Assembly: GCA_040954595.2 (NCBI GenBank)
Contig: JBECUI020000041.1
Location: forward strand, 41,106-105,105
DNA length: 64,000 bases
Direction of reading: 5' to 3'
Source: Balanoglossus misakiensis
Lineage: Eukaryota; Animalia; Hemichordata
Part shown: positions 9,941 through 19,778 of the stretch, in pieces
How the letters are laid out: the number at the start of each line of letters is the position of its first letter
Position numbering within the stretch: position 1 is the first letter of the stretch
The notes under the pieces: model-generated
What the model was told of the DNA's origin: nothing
What the model saw: the letters and a program-made list of their open reading frames with translations, nothing else
The model's database searches: none
Position numbers and translations under genes: made by a program

Positions 9941-10571
9941 ATGGCGGCTCTTTCGGTCGAGAAACTCTACGAGAAGCACTACGCAGGCGACAAGGCGCGG
10001 CGCAGCTTCTTCGATGTCATCGCCGCTTGGCGCCAACCGAAGAGAGTCCTCTACCCCGGCAGCTTCATCCACGTGACCTCCTCCCTCGTGTTTCCCTCGG
10101 TCGTATACGTGGACAACGACCGCAACGCCAAACGCTTCTTCTCCGAGATGGACGATGTCCTTTCCTTTGTGCTCCGCCACAAGGTCTACAGCGAGACACC
10201 GGAGGTGGTGTTTCATGGTTCGAGCTATGAGGCCAACATCCCCGAGCCGGAGGGCTCCTTCGATCTGCTCATCTCCCTTTACGCCGGCTTCATCTCGAAG
10301 CCCTGCAAGCTCTACCTGAAGTGCGGCGGCATCCTCCGAGGTAAACAACAGCCACGGTGATGCAGGACTCGCCTCCATCGATCCCGACTACATGTTCATC
10401 GGGGTGCTTCAAGGACACGGTGATCGGCTTCGCGTGGTAGAGGAGAACCTCCATGCCTACTTCAAGCCAAAAAAGGAAACGAAGGTGACCGAAGAGCTGC
10501 TGCGCAAGCTGAACCGGGGCATTGGCTACACCCAGACGGCGCCCGGCTACTTGTTCAAGAGGGTGCTCTAG
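9941..10571 (+). pseudogene. SAM-methyltransferase-like protein, frameshift near 10340
   Basis: VLYPGSFIH...FDLLISLYAGFIS...YLKCGGIL continues in another frame as VNNSHGDAGLASID...YLFKRVL* (TAG 10569-10571). Confidence 0.7.
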
Positions 10572-10695
10572 GCATTGGCCCGGCAGCCTCAACGAGCTAG
10601 CAGCGCTTCGGTCGCTGCCCACAGCTTTTTGGCAAGCTTCTCCTATTGAACTCGGCAGTGGAGCTGGGCTAGAATTGCCTTGCTGGGAGGCTTCG

Positions 10696-11046
10696 ATGGC
10701 ACAGCACAAGATATTTGCGATGACTTTTGCCAAGGTCTATCCCCTCTACGTTCAAAAGGCTGAACGCAAGGGCCGCACGAAGGAAGAGGTTGACCGGATC
10801 ATCTGTTGGCTAACGGGGTATGAGCAATCTGGGCTGCAGAAGCACATTGAGCAGGAAAACGACTTCAAAACCTTCTTTACCCAAGCGCCGAGGATTCACC
10901 CCAAAGCCTCGCTCATCAAAGGCAGCGTCTGTGGTGTGCGCGTGGAAGACATTGAGGACCCGCTGATGCAGAAGATACGCTACCTGGATAAGCTCATCGA
11001 CGAACTTGCCAAGGGCAAGGCTATCGAGAAGATCTTGCGGCAATAG
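10696..11046 (+). CDS. DUF2200 family protein
   Basis: [23 protein letters not shown]...ICWLTGY...[39 protein letters not shown]. Confidence 0.92.
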   Translation: MAQHKIFAMTFAKVYPLYVQKAERKGRTKEEVDRIICWLTGYEQSGLQKHIEQENDFKTFFTQAPRIHPKASLIKGSVCGVRVEDIEDPLMQKIRYLDKLIDELAKGKAIEKILRQ

Positions 11047-11610
11047 CCCCCACCTGAAGCTCCGTTTCAAACGGTCACGCCGCCATCTTCATCCCCAACA
11101 TGACTTTGAATCCTCATATTCTAAAAGCTAGGGGGCGTGGAGTTTTGCATTCGCTCGCTCGGACAAGGGCGGGGCTTAGCTCATTTTTGGCTCAGACCGA
11201 ATCCTAACAGGAAATCCAGGCCGCTCGACGAACTGCCCTCATCGCAGGTTAGGGCCTCATTGATGGACGAGGTGGATGTCAACGCTACAATAAGAGAGAT
11301 GGAGGTCAGTCTATGGGAATAAAATTTAATCTGATCGGGCTGTTCATCGGGACCTCACACGAATGTGAATGGCCAAACAATTTGACCACCAACCAAGTGC
11401 AGCCCCTCGCTCTGGGTATGCTGCGGTGATCAGCACTCTAAAAGGGGGTGCTGCGTCAGCTTCTTTGAAGACATGGGCCTTCACGTGGCCTAGCTTTACG
11501 CCCATAATCTGCAACAGACCATCGGGATTGTCGAGGTCGACCTTTACACAACGTGACAGCGTGGAGATTGGCTTTAGACAAACTCTGGGATCTGTGATCG
11601 GATTAGAGAT

Positions 11611-12291
11611 GTGAAAAAAATAATAAACAATGGTGAAATGATGACAGGAGTGAAAAAAGACGAGCAGAAGATCAGCACCGCTGACACCGCCAGTAGAGCC
11701 CTATGGGACAAAAAGTTTTCCACCAGCGAATACGCCTACGGCCAGGCCCCTAACGACTTTCTCGCCAGCCGCTACACCGCCATTAACAAGGGGAGAGTGC
11801 TGTGCTTGGCCGAAGGCGAAGGCCGAAACGCAGTCTTCCTAGCCCAGCAAGGCTACGAGGTAACAGCTGTTGACATCTCTCCGGTTGGTATCCAGAAGGC
11901 CCGGAAGCTCGCTAAAGAGCGCAGCGTCGAGGTTGAATTCATCTGTGCAGACCTCGCTGTCTACAACTTAGGTGAGTCAAGCTGGGACGGGATTGTCTCC
12001 ATCTTCTGTCACCTGCCGCCGCTGATCCGCAAGGATCTTCATCGACGCGTCATGCAGGCCCTCGCAGCGGATGCTGTCTTCTTGCTCGAGGCCTATAGAC
12101 CCGAGCAGCTGACATTCGGGACTGGCGGCCCACCGACGGCAGAGCTGATGATGACGATGGAATCCATAGTTCGAGAACTCCCCAATCTGCACTTCGAGCA
12201 TCTTGTTCAGCTCGAGCGAGAAATCATTGAGGGCCGCCACCACTCGGGCTTGTCTTCGGTCATTCAGGTGATTGCACGGCGCTGGAGATAA
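11611..12291 (+). CDS. Class I SAM-dependent methyltransferase (TehB-like)
   Basis: VLCLAEGEGRNAVFLA, AVDIS, IVSIFCHLP, TGGPP. True start uncertain. Confidence 0.9.
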   Translation: MKKIINNGEMMTGVKKDEQKISTADTASRALWDKKFSTSEYAYGQAPNDFLASRYTAINKGRVLCLAEGEGRNAVFLAQQGYEVTAVDISPVGIQKARKLAKERSVEVEFICADLAVYNLGESSWDGIVSIFCHLPPLIRKDLHRRVMQALAADAVFLLEAYRPEQLTFGTGGPPTAELMMTMESIVRELPNLHFEHLVQLEREIIEGRHHSGLSSVIQVIARRWR

Positions 12292-12317
12292 GCAAAATCC
12301 AAGTCTACTCTAACCGT

Positions 12318-13389
12318 TTGAAAGCAGGGATATCCAACTTCTTCAACGGATCTTTCCCGGTGTTTATAACGCTCAATAATTGCTGTTGCAGATGGAAGAC
12401 GAAGTAGGGACAGGTCGCGACCTGTCCCTACTTTCAATTTAACTCTTGAAAGCAGGGATATCCAACTTCTTCAACGGATCTTTCCCGGTGTTTATAACGC
12501 TCAATAATTGCTGTTGCAGATGGAAGACGAAGTAGGGACAGGTCGCTGCCGAAGTAAGGACAGGTCGCGACCTGTCCCTACTTTCAATTTGACTCTTGAA
12601 AGCAGGGATATCCAACTTCTTCAACGGATCTTTCCCGGTGTTTATAACGCTCAATAATTGCTGTTGCAAATGGAAGACGAAGTAGGGACAGGTCGCTGCC
12701 GAAGTAGGGACAGGTCGCGACCTGTCCCTACTCTCAATTTAACTCTTGAAAGCAGGGATATCCAACTTCTTCAACGGATCTTTCCCGGTGTTTATAACGC
12801 TCAATAATTGCTGTTGCAAATGGAAGACGAAGTAGGGACAGGTCGCTGCCGAAGTAGGGACATGTCGCGACCTGTCCCTACTTTCAATTTAACTCTTGAA
12901 AGTAGGGATATCCAACTTCTTCAACGGATCTTTCCCGGCGTTTATTACGCTCAATAATTGCTGTTGCAAATGGAAGACGAAGTAGGGACAGGTCGCTGCC
13001 GAAGTAAGGACAGGTCGCGACCTGTCCCTACTTTCAATTTGACTCTTGAAAGCAGGGATATCCAACTTCTTCAACGGATCTTTCCTGGTGTTTATAACGC
13101 TCAATAATTGCTGTTGCAAATGGAAGACGAAGTAGGGACAGGTCGCGACCTGTCCTTACTTTCAATTTGACTCTTGAAAGCAGGGATATCCAACTTCTTC
13201 AACGGATCTTTCCCGGTGTTTATAACGCTCAATAATTGCTGTTGCAAATGGAAGACGAAGTAGGGACAGGTCGCGACCTGTCCCTACTTTCAATTTGACT
13301 CTTGAAAGCAGGGATATCCAACTTCTTCAACGGATCTTTCCCGGCGTTTATTACGCTCAATAATTGCTGTTGCAAATGGAAGACGAAGT
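12318..13389. repeat. Tandem array of 7 full and 1 partial units (128 or 150 bp) derived from an IS256 segment plus REP-like palindrome
   Basis: Unit starts (TTGAAAG) at 12318, 12446, 12596, 12746, 12896, 13046, 13174 and 13302. The 150-bp units carry an extra 22-nt half-palindrome. Sequence matches about 1295-1414. Confidence 0.95.
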
Positions 13390-13433
13390 TTGACGGCACC
13401 GTGAAGCCTCATCCTTTCCACAGCACCACCATG

Positions 13434-13466
13434 AAGCAGGCTCATCCAGGAGGGATGAGCCTGCTT
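13434..13466. repeat. 14-bp inverted repeat hairpin
   Basis: AAGCAGGCTCATCC-AGGAG-GGATGAGCCTGCTT. Confidence 0.6.
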
Positions 13467-13678
13467 TGTGCTCAATTTCTACAAGCAAGCATGCCCCCCT
13501 TTGAGACTCTCGAAAAGGTCGGCCATCTCGAGATGCACTGAGAGAGCTTGTGAGGGAACCGTCATGGCTATATACTTCACCACAAGAACAGAATCTATTC
13601 CATTGGAATGAAAACGATAAAGTTCTGTGCGTATTGCTGGATGAATTGCAGAATCACAACGAAAGGGAGGAGACCTTA

Positions 13679-14944
13679 ATGTTCAAATTCATTCATGCCG
13701 CCGATATTCACTTGGACAGTCCCTTACGCGGATTGTCCAGGTACGAATCGGCTCCCGCCGAATCCATTCGCAACGCCTGTCGACGGGCATTGGAAAATCT
13801 TGTGGACCTCGCAATAGAGGAAGAAGTGGCCTTTATCCTCTTGGCCGGTGATCTGTATGACGGCGACTGGAAAGACTACAGCACAGGCATATTTCTGAGC
13901 AAACAGATAGGGCGCTTGGGGCAGCACAATATCCAAGTATTCTCAGTATACGGAAACCACGATGCGGAAAATCGAATGACAAAATCCCTGAATAGCCCCT
14001 CAAACATGAAAATATTCTCTTCAAAGAAGGTTGAAACGGTCAAATTACATGACCTCGGCGTGGCGATTCATGGGCGCAGCTTTCCAAACCAACATGTGGA
14101 TGAAAACTTGACTACGGAATTCTGCACTGCCGAAAAGGGACTTTTCAATATTGGGCTATTGCACACAAGCCTCGACGGTCGCCAAGGCCATGCCAATTAT
14201 GCACCGTGCTCATTGGATGACCTTCGTTCCAAGGGATACCAATACTGGGCCTTGGGGCACATACACAAACAGGAAATTGTTGAAGAAGAGCCTCACGTGA
14301 TCTTCCCCGGTTGCATCCAAGGCCGCCATATTCGCGAAGCAGGTGCCAAGGGCTGTGTCCTTGTCTCTGTTGATGACGGTGCTGTTTCCGAATTCAAAAG
14401 AATATCCCTGGATGTCTTGCGATGGTCCCTCTGCAATATCGACATAACCGACGTCGATGAAATGCGCGAGGTTTTAGAACGAGTCAGGAAAGGCATTGTT
14501 CAAGAAAGAGCGTCGGCTGAAGATAGACCTCTTGCTATGCGGATACGCTTGCAGGGCGCTACCAAGATAGCGGATGAACTCGCTGCCTACCCTGAAAAGC
14601 TTGAACAGCAAATCAAGGCTCTTGGTGCCGAAACCGCCGGAGAGGATCTGTGGATTGAGCGAATAGAGAATTCAACTACCGGCAAACTTGATTTGGAAAC
14701 CACATTGGCTGACGACAATGTCATGGGGGCATTGCTCAAAGAGATTCTCAATATCAGCAAGGGCACTGACGATGTTGACGGACTGAAAGACAAAATTGCG
14801 GAACTCAGACAAAAAGCTCCATCCGAAGCCTTGGGCAGCAACTCCATTGTAAACCTGGATGACGAGCAAACCCTCCATCGAATTGTTGAAGAAGCAAAGC
14901 ACATGTTAATCGGTAGGTTACTGACGGTTGGAGGTGCACAATGA
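13679..14944 (+). CDS. YhaO/SbcD-like metallophosphoesterase DNA exonuclease
   Basis: ADIHLD, AGDLYD, GNHD, LLHT, WALGHIH, PGCIQGRH motifs. GGAGG RBS before MFKFIH. Confidence 0.93.
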   Translation: MFKFIHAADIHLDSPLRGLSRYESAPAESIRNACRRALENLVDLAIEEEVAFILLAGDLYDGDWKDYSTGIFLSKQIGRLGQHNIQVFSVYGNHDAENRMTKSLNSPSNMKIFSSKKVETVKLHDLGVAIHGRSFPNQHVDENLTTEFCTAEKGLFNIGLLHTSLDGRQGHANYAPCSLDDLRSKGYQYWALGHIHKQEIVEEEPHVIFPGCIQGRHIREAGAKGCVLVSVDDGAVSEFKRISLDVLRWSLCNIDITDVDEMREVLERVRKGIVQERASAEDRPLAMRIRLQGATKIADELAAYPEKLEQQIKALGAETAGEDLWIERIENSTTGKLDLETTLADDNVMGALLKEILNISKGTDDVDGLKDKIAELRQKAPSEALGSNSIVNLDDEQTLHRIVEEAKHMLIGRLLTVGGAQ

Positions 14945-15079
14945 GAATAAACCAGTCTTGACCTGCTTGCTTATAATCCATTCACAAAGCAATCCTTAGA
15001 CCTTGCTGATAGCGGCTCTGGATTACATCTCCTATACGGTAACAACGAAGCCGGTAAAAGCACTTCGCTTCGAGCCCTT
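14941..15079 (+). pseudogene. 5' stub of YhaN-like ATPase
   Basis: Frameshifted MRI..LDLLAY.PFTKQSL...YGNNEAGKSTSLRAL. Homologous to 46901-47038. Confidence 0.85.
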
Positions 15080-15185
15080 CATCTATAGATAAGGATCATG
15101 ATGACTCGGGTATTTTCTTAGGTACAGGCCCAGGGGGGGCTTCTGATGATCGTATAATGCACACAATAAGGTTTAAAAGTGCCCC
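15080..15185 (+). pseudogene. Isolated variable-region fragment of the ~320-aa lipoprotein family
   Basis: SIDKDHDDSGIFLGTGPGGASDDRIMHTIRFKSAP resembles GTDRDGDDSGYFLDIRGGSPFDKIMYKIRFESAS in 19177..19718. Confidence 0.65.
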
Positions 15186-15311
15186 ACGGCCAGCACTGCA
15201 GAAAGAAACCCCAAGGCGAAGAAGCTGAAGTCCCCTCCCCGTCAGCAAGAGAAATCTCCTCCTTAGCCTTGTTTTTTTCTGTAATCTATGATATATTATG
15301 CTCATATTGCT
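15184..15311 (+). repeat. ~130-bp upstream module repeated at about 19044-19177
   Basis: CCACGGCCAGCACTGCAGAAA..AACCCCAAGGCGAAGAAGCTGAAG...GCCTTGTTTTTT..CTG is shared. Precedes surface-protein genes. Confidence 0.7.
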
Positions 15312-15360
15312 AGTGTAGTATATTGGTAATGATAAAGCAGACTTTCAAGGGAGGTCACGC

Positions 15361-18300
15361 ATGTATTATTTCAATCGATTTCTTGCCAGAAAACAACAGT
15401 GGGTAATTCTTTTAATGGCCCTAGCCGGCATAGGACTCATAGGGTGCCCTCAGCCAGGGGCTGTCACTCCCGTAGACAATAATTTCACAGAAGGGAATCT
15501 TCTCTATACGGCCCTGGATCAAAACAGTGCAAAAGTTCTCGGATTTTCAAGTGATTTTAACCGGGAACAAACAGGCGGTGCTTTGGAGCTTGTTATCCCC
15601 GAAACCGTTTCTTCTGGCACCTACCAGGTCGTTGAAATAGCCCCGTCAGCCTTTGCCGATCCTACCCCCCAGGATGGAGCCGCAGACGCCCAAGATGACA
15701 TTACCTCCCTGACATTACCAGAGACGCTCCTAAGCATAGGAGCCAGTGCCTTTGCTGATAATTCCCTCACATCCATTACCATCCCGGCGGCGGTAACCTC
15801 CCTTGGTGAGTATGCGTTTAAGGGCACACTGACAGAAGTAACATGGCCCGACGACAGCAAGCTCCAAACCATAGGGACAGAAGCCTTTGCCACCGATGCC
15901 GCGGCGGGAACATCAACCTTGACAATCCTTATTTTTCCGGACACCTTAACCTCCATCGGCTCAGGAGCCTTCAAAGGTCATGATGCTGTTGAAATCATCC
16001 TGCTGAAATCCGATTCTATTGAAGTGGGCGAAGAGGCATTTGATGGTTTTCAATATATAAATGGCCAGACGGCTTCACAGGGAGCCCATGTTAAAGACGA
16101 AGCGGGCAGCGTCATATGGGAGCGTGACTTTTTATACAAGGAAATAAGTGCTTCTGAAGTTGAAATCATAGCTTATCTGGGAACAGGGAATAATACCATA
16201 GAGATCACCATTCCTTCCTCAACCTCCTATACCGCCTTAAGCATGAGGGATGATGTCACCTTTGAAGATACGGCTATCAGCGCTGTAAAGACCTCAGACA
16301 TATTTACAGTTCCTACGGGATTTACCGACAAGTTTGCCAACACACACTTTGCCGGTATTACATGGGCCGCCGGCGACAGCTATGCCTTTGCAAACGGCAT
16401 CCTCTACAAGTTAACTGAAGGAACACCTCCTGAAGCCAGTGCCGAAGAATACAAAGGAGATACAAACATAACGTCCCTGACCATGGGAGATGTGGCTGTA
16501 GATTGGGGCAGCGACGGAATGGATACGGAATACAAACTGACCCGGATAGCAGGCAACATGATAAGCCACATACCCACCATCGAAGAAATCACCCTGAACA
16601 ACTCCGCCGAGCTCATCCTTGCCGACCAGGCCTTTGCCGACGGCAGCGGCTCCTCCGTTTTAAGGTCAGTAACAATAGGGGCCGGCGGGGCAAAAATAAA
16701 TAATGGAGATAGCCCTTTCCCAGGTTCGCCCTTAGAGGAACATCCCAGTTTAGACGCCAGTTCCGGCGAGAAAAGCTTAACGGAAGGAACCTATCAATTG
16801 AAGGACGAAGAAATTTCTTTGCCCTATACACCGGATACAACCGGAGCTGTGGGAAATGGTTCTGATGGCTTAGGATACACCTACGAACTTAAAGCGCAAG
16901 GGGCCTATGAAAATCCAGACGGAACGGTTGTTAAATATGGCAAGAAAACAGCAACCATTACCCGTGGCGACAGCACCGTAATCAGTAATGCCACCGTACA
17001 AATCCCGACAAAAATAGCATATGATGACAGCAACGACCTTTTAGATGGGGAATACTACATAGCAGCCATAGCCGGCACCGAGAATGCCGGCGGTATCTTC
17101 GGCGATACCCCCAATACGACGATGACAGGGTTAGTATTTACCGCCAATGCACAGGAAGTGGTATCGCTGGGGGATGGGGCGTTTAGAAATGCCTCTTCTC
17201 TTCTCACGCTAAGAGTTCAGTTTGGTTCGGCAGGGATAAAAAAAGCGGCACCAGATGCCCGGCCTTTTCATAATTCCCCCATGGAAAACCACGGGTTTTT
17301 TCTCGAGGTTTTTGCTGATACATTAACTCCCAGTGAAGGAATTGACAGTCTGTTTCAGTATCGTTTAGTTGAAGGCACTTGGACAGCTCAACAGGATAGT
17401 CATATATTCCAAGTTAGTGTGGACGGTTACAGTTATAGACATGGCTTACTTGATGGTAGTAGACATGGTACTAAAAGAACGGCAGTACTTACTGCAACCA
17501 TAGTTACCGGTGGCAGTCTAAGCATACCGAATCGTATAACGCATAATTCCAACTATTACGATGTAATAATGATAAAGGCAGATGTCTTTAAAAGTAAAGG
17601 GCTTACAGAGGTCAACTTAACAGGGGCCAAGAGCCTGGAAACTATCGAATCAGGGGCTTTTGAGGGGAATAGCATTTCTTCACGAGTAGATATACCATCC
17701 TCGGTAACAGGCATAGGGGCCAACGCTTTTAAGGATAATGATATTACAGAAGTTATATTTCCTTCGACAACAACCATGGGAACCGGGGCTTTTGCTGGGA
17801 ATGCTAACTTAAACTTGGTACTTATTAAAAAACTGACATCTTCAGAGACCTTTGCTGTAGATGACAGTACTTTCGATAATTTTGGAACGGCTTTAAATAA
17901 TATCAATCTAGCGGGGGGGGAAGACAGTGGTTATGCGCTCGATGCCGGCGGTAATTTTTTGTATAGGGATCTTGACGGCAGTACAGAACCGAATACAGAT
18001 TATGTAATAGAAGCCTATTATGGCTCTGCAACCGATTTAACGGCACTCAATATGGATGCCCTTCCTGCTGGCGTAAGCGGAAGCATCGTATCAATAGGAG
18101 CGAATGTTTTTCAAAACAAAGGCCTTACCTCGGTAACCATTCCTCCAACGGTAACAACAATCGGTAGTTTCGCCTTTCAGGGGAATCAACTTACAACGGT
18201 AACCATTCCTCCAACGGTAACAACAATCGGTGATTTCGCCTTTCAGGGGAATCAACTTACAACGGTAACCATTCCTCCAACGGTAACAACAATCGGTAAT

Positions 18301-18780
18301 TTCGCCTTTCATGGGAATCAACTTACAACGGTAACCATTCCTCCAACAGTAACAAGCATTGGTTATTCAGCTTTTCAGAGGAATCAACTTACAACGGTAA
18401 CCATTCCTCAAGGACTAACAAGCATATATGATTCAGTATTTCAGGACAATCAGCTTACATCGGTAACCATTCCTAATACAGTAACAGACATTGGGAGTTT
18501 TTCGTTTCAGGACAATCAATTGACATCGGTAATTATTCCCAGTTCGGTAGATAAGATTCATGATAGCGCATTTACGAATGCTTTCACGACTGAGTCTGGT
18601 ACTATCTTAAGCGTGACATTTCAGAGGATAGGTTCCATTGTGAACATGGAATTTAACGCTCCTTTTTATTTCCATCCTTTTCCTGATGGATTTGTTAACG
18701 CTGACGGTACTGAACTGAACTCCCTCCAGACTCCCACCTTTACGGCAAGGAACAATGTCTTTACCAAAACGAATCCGTAA
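15361..18780 (+). CDS. BspA-type leucine-rich-repeat surface lipoprotein (1139 aa)
   Basis: Lipobox-like GLIGC. Many LxxxxIPxxVxxIGxxAF (LRR_5) repeats. Confidence 0.92.
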   Translation: MYYFNRFLARKQQWVILLMALAGIGLIGCPQPGAVTPVDNNFTEGNLLYTALDQNSAKVLGFSSDFNREQTGGALELVIPETVSSGTYQVVEIAPSAFADPTPQDGAADAQDDITSLTLPETLLSIGASAFADNSLTSITIPAAVTSLGEYAFKGTLTEVTWPDDSKLQTIGTEAFATDAAAGTSTLTILIFPDTLTSIGSGAFKGHDAVEIILLKSDSIEVGEEAFDGFQYINGQTASQGAHVKDEAGSVIWERDFLYKEISASEVEIIAYLGTGNNTIEITIPSSTSYTALSMRDDVTFEDTAISAVKTSDIFTVPTGFTDKFANTHFAGITWAAGDSYAFANGILYKLTEGTPPEASAEEYKGDTNITSLTMGDVAVDWGSDGMDTEYKLTRIAGNMISHIPTIEEITLNNSAELILADQAFADGSGSSVLRSVTIGAGGAKINNGDSPFPGSPLEEHPSLDASSGEKSLTEGTYQLKDEEISLPYTPDTTGAVGNGSDGLGYTYELKAQGAYENPDGTVVKYGKKTATITRGDSTVISNATVQIPTKIAYDDSNDLLDGEYYIAAIAGTENAGGIFGDTPNTTMTGLVFTANAQEVVSLGDGAFRNASSLLTLRVQFGSAGIKKAAPDARPFHNSPMENHGFFLEVFADTLTPSEGIDSLFQYRLVEGTWTAQQDSHIFQVSVDGYSYRHGLLDGSRHGTKRTAVLTATIVTGGSLSIPNRITHNSNYYDVIMIKADVFKSKGLTEVNLTGAKSLETIESGAFEGNSISSRVDIPSSVTGIGANAFKDNDITEVIFPSTTTMGTGAFAGNANLNLVLIKKLTSSETFAVDDSTFDNFGTALNNINLAGGEDSGYALDAGGNFLYRDLDGSTEPNTDYVIEAYYGSATDLTALNMDALPAGVSGSIVSIGANVFQNKGLTSVTIPPTVTTIGSFAFQGNQLTTVTIPPTVTTIGDFAFQGNQLTTVTIPPTVTTIGNFAFHGNQLTTVTIPPTVTSIGYSAFQRNQLTTVTIPQGLTSIYDSVFQDNQLTSVTIPNTVTDIGSFSFQDNQLTSVIIPSSVDKIHDSAFTNAFTTESGTILSVTFQRIGSIVNMEFNAPFYFHPFPDGFVNADGTELNSLQTPTFTARNNVFTKTNP
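18124..18560 (+). repeat. 66-bp (22-aa) tandem LRR repeats
   Basis: NQLTTVTIPPTVTTIGxFAFQG repeated about 7 times, the first 3-4 near-identical at DNA level. Confidence 0.9.
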
Positions 18781-18863
18781 CTTGTAGTTTCTTTGTGTCA
18801 GTGGGGCATACCCCCCGGGGGTATTATCCACTGACCGACGAGACAGACTGATTTTAGAATTTG

Positions 18864-18897
18864 AAAAGCATCGGCAAGTATCAGCCGATGCTTTTTT
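18864..18897 (+). terminator. Intrinsic terminator
   Basis: AAAAGCATCGGC-AAGTATCA-GCCGATGC-TTTTTT downstream of the BspA gene. Confidence 0.75.
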
Positions 18898-19176
18898 CGT
18901 TAACGCAGTCCGCCTCTCCTTTGAAGCAAAAAACAGCGAAACCCGGTATCGCCCCCTGGGTGGATAGAGGCTAGGGATGGGAGAATAAGGAAGTGAAAAA
19001 AACCAACACTTTCCGCCATACCCCCCCCTGAACAAACCACCCACCACGGCCAGCACTGCAGAAAAAAACCCCAAGGCGAAGAAGCTGAAGCCCCCCCTCT
19101 CCCCCAGCATTAAAAAAAATCTCCTCCTTGCCTTGTTTTTTCTGCAATTTATGGTATGTTATACGTATATTGCTTA

Positions 19177-19718
19177 TGATTTATTATCATACAAATTACG
19201 CCCCTGGAAAGCAGGGTTTTATCCGCAGTGAACTTGAGAGGGACAAGACAACAGAGGAGAAAATATCCTGGCTTTACACCCTAAGCATCGACGGCAACAA
19301 TGTTCTGAGCAATATCCCCATGAGAAGGTATACACTCCAATATTATCAAAATAAAGATCTTACCTTTCCTGACTGGCTTCCTAGATGGTTTCCTTTAGGT
19401 ACAGATAGGGATGGTGATGATTCGGGGTATTTCCTTGATATACGCGGGGGGAGTCCTTTTGATAAGATAATGTACAAAATAAGGTTTGAAAGTGCCTCTC
19501 GTCACTATAATCCCGCTTTCCTTTTTGTGGACATCACCTTACACAGTTCTTTTTCCGACAAAGTTATTTATAATCTTCACGATACATCTCACGGGGAGAC
19601 CGAGACATTAGAAATTGAAAAACGGGATAATGAGAACCTTCTTTATCGTGATCACCTTCTTTATCGCTGGCTTGACAAAGACGGCGGAGTTATCCGGGAA
19701 GGAATACTCATAAATTAA
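19177..19718 (+). pseudogene. 5'-truncated member of the lipoprotein family
   Basis: Begins mid-protein (YYHTNYAPGKQGFIRSE) with no signal peptide, joined to the upstream module. Contains an 18-bp duplication (NLLYRDHLLYRW). Confidence 0.8.
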
Positions 19719-19778
19719 AACTAGAAATACAATTCCCCGGCAGAAGCTGTTAAAGACTGAAAACTAATGAGGTTAAAG

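Noticed and set aside
1722-12291. Integron cassette array
   Set aside because: No RYYYAAC...GTTRRRY attC structures or intI recognised. Several genes are fragments or overlap directly.
12439-13119. 76-aa ORFs MQQQLLSVINT...
   Set aside because: Off-frame translations of the tandem repeat.
12318-13389. CRISPR array (palindromic repeat, TTGAAAG motif, regular spacing)
   Set aside because: The spacers are near-identical to each other and are IS256 coding sequence. No cas genes in the window.
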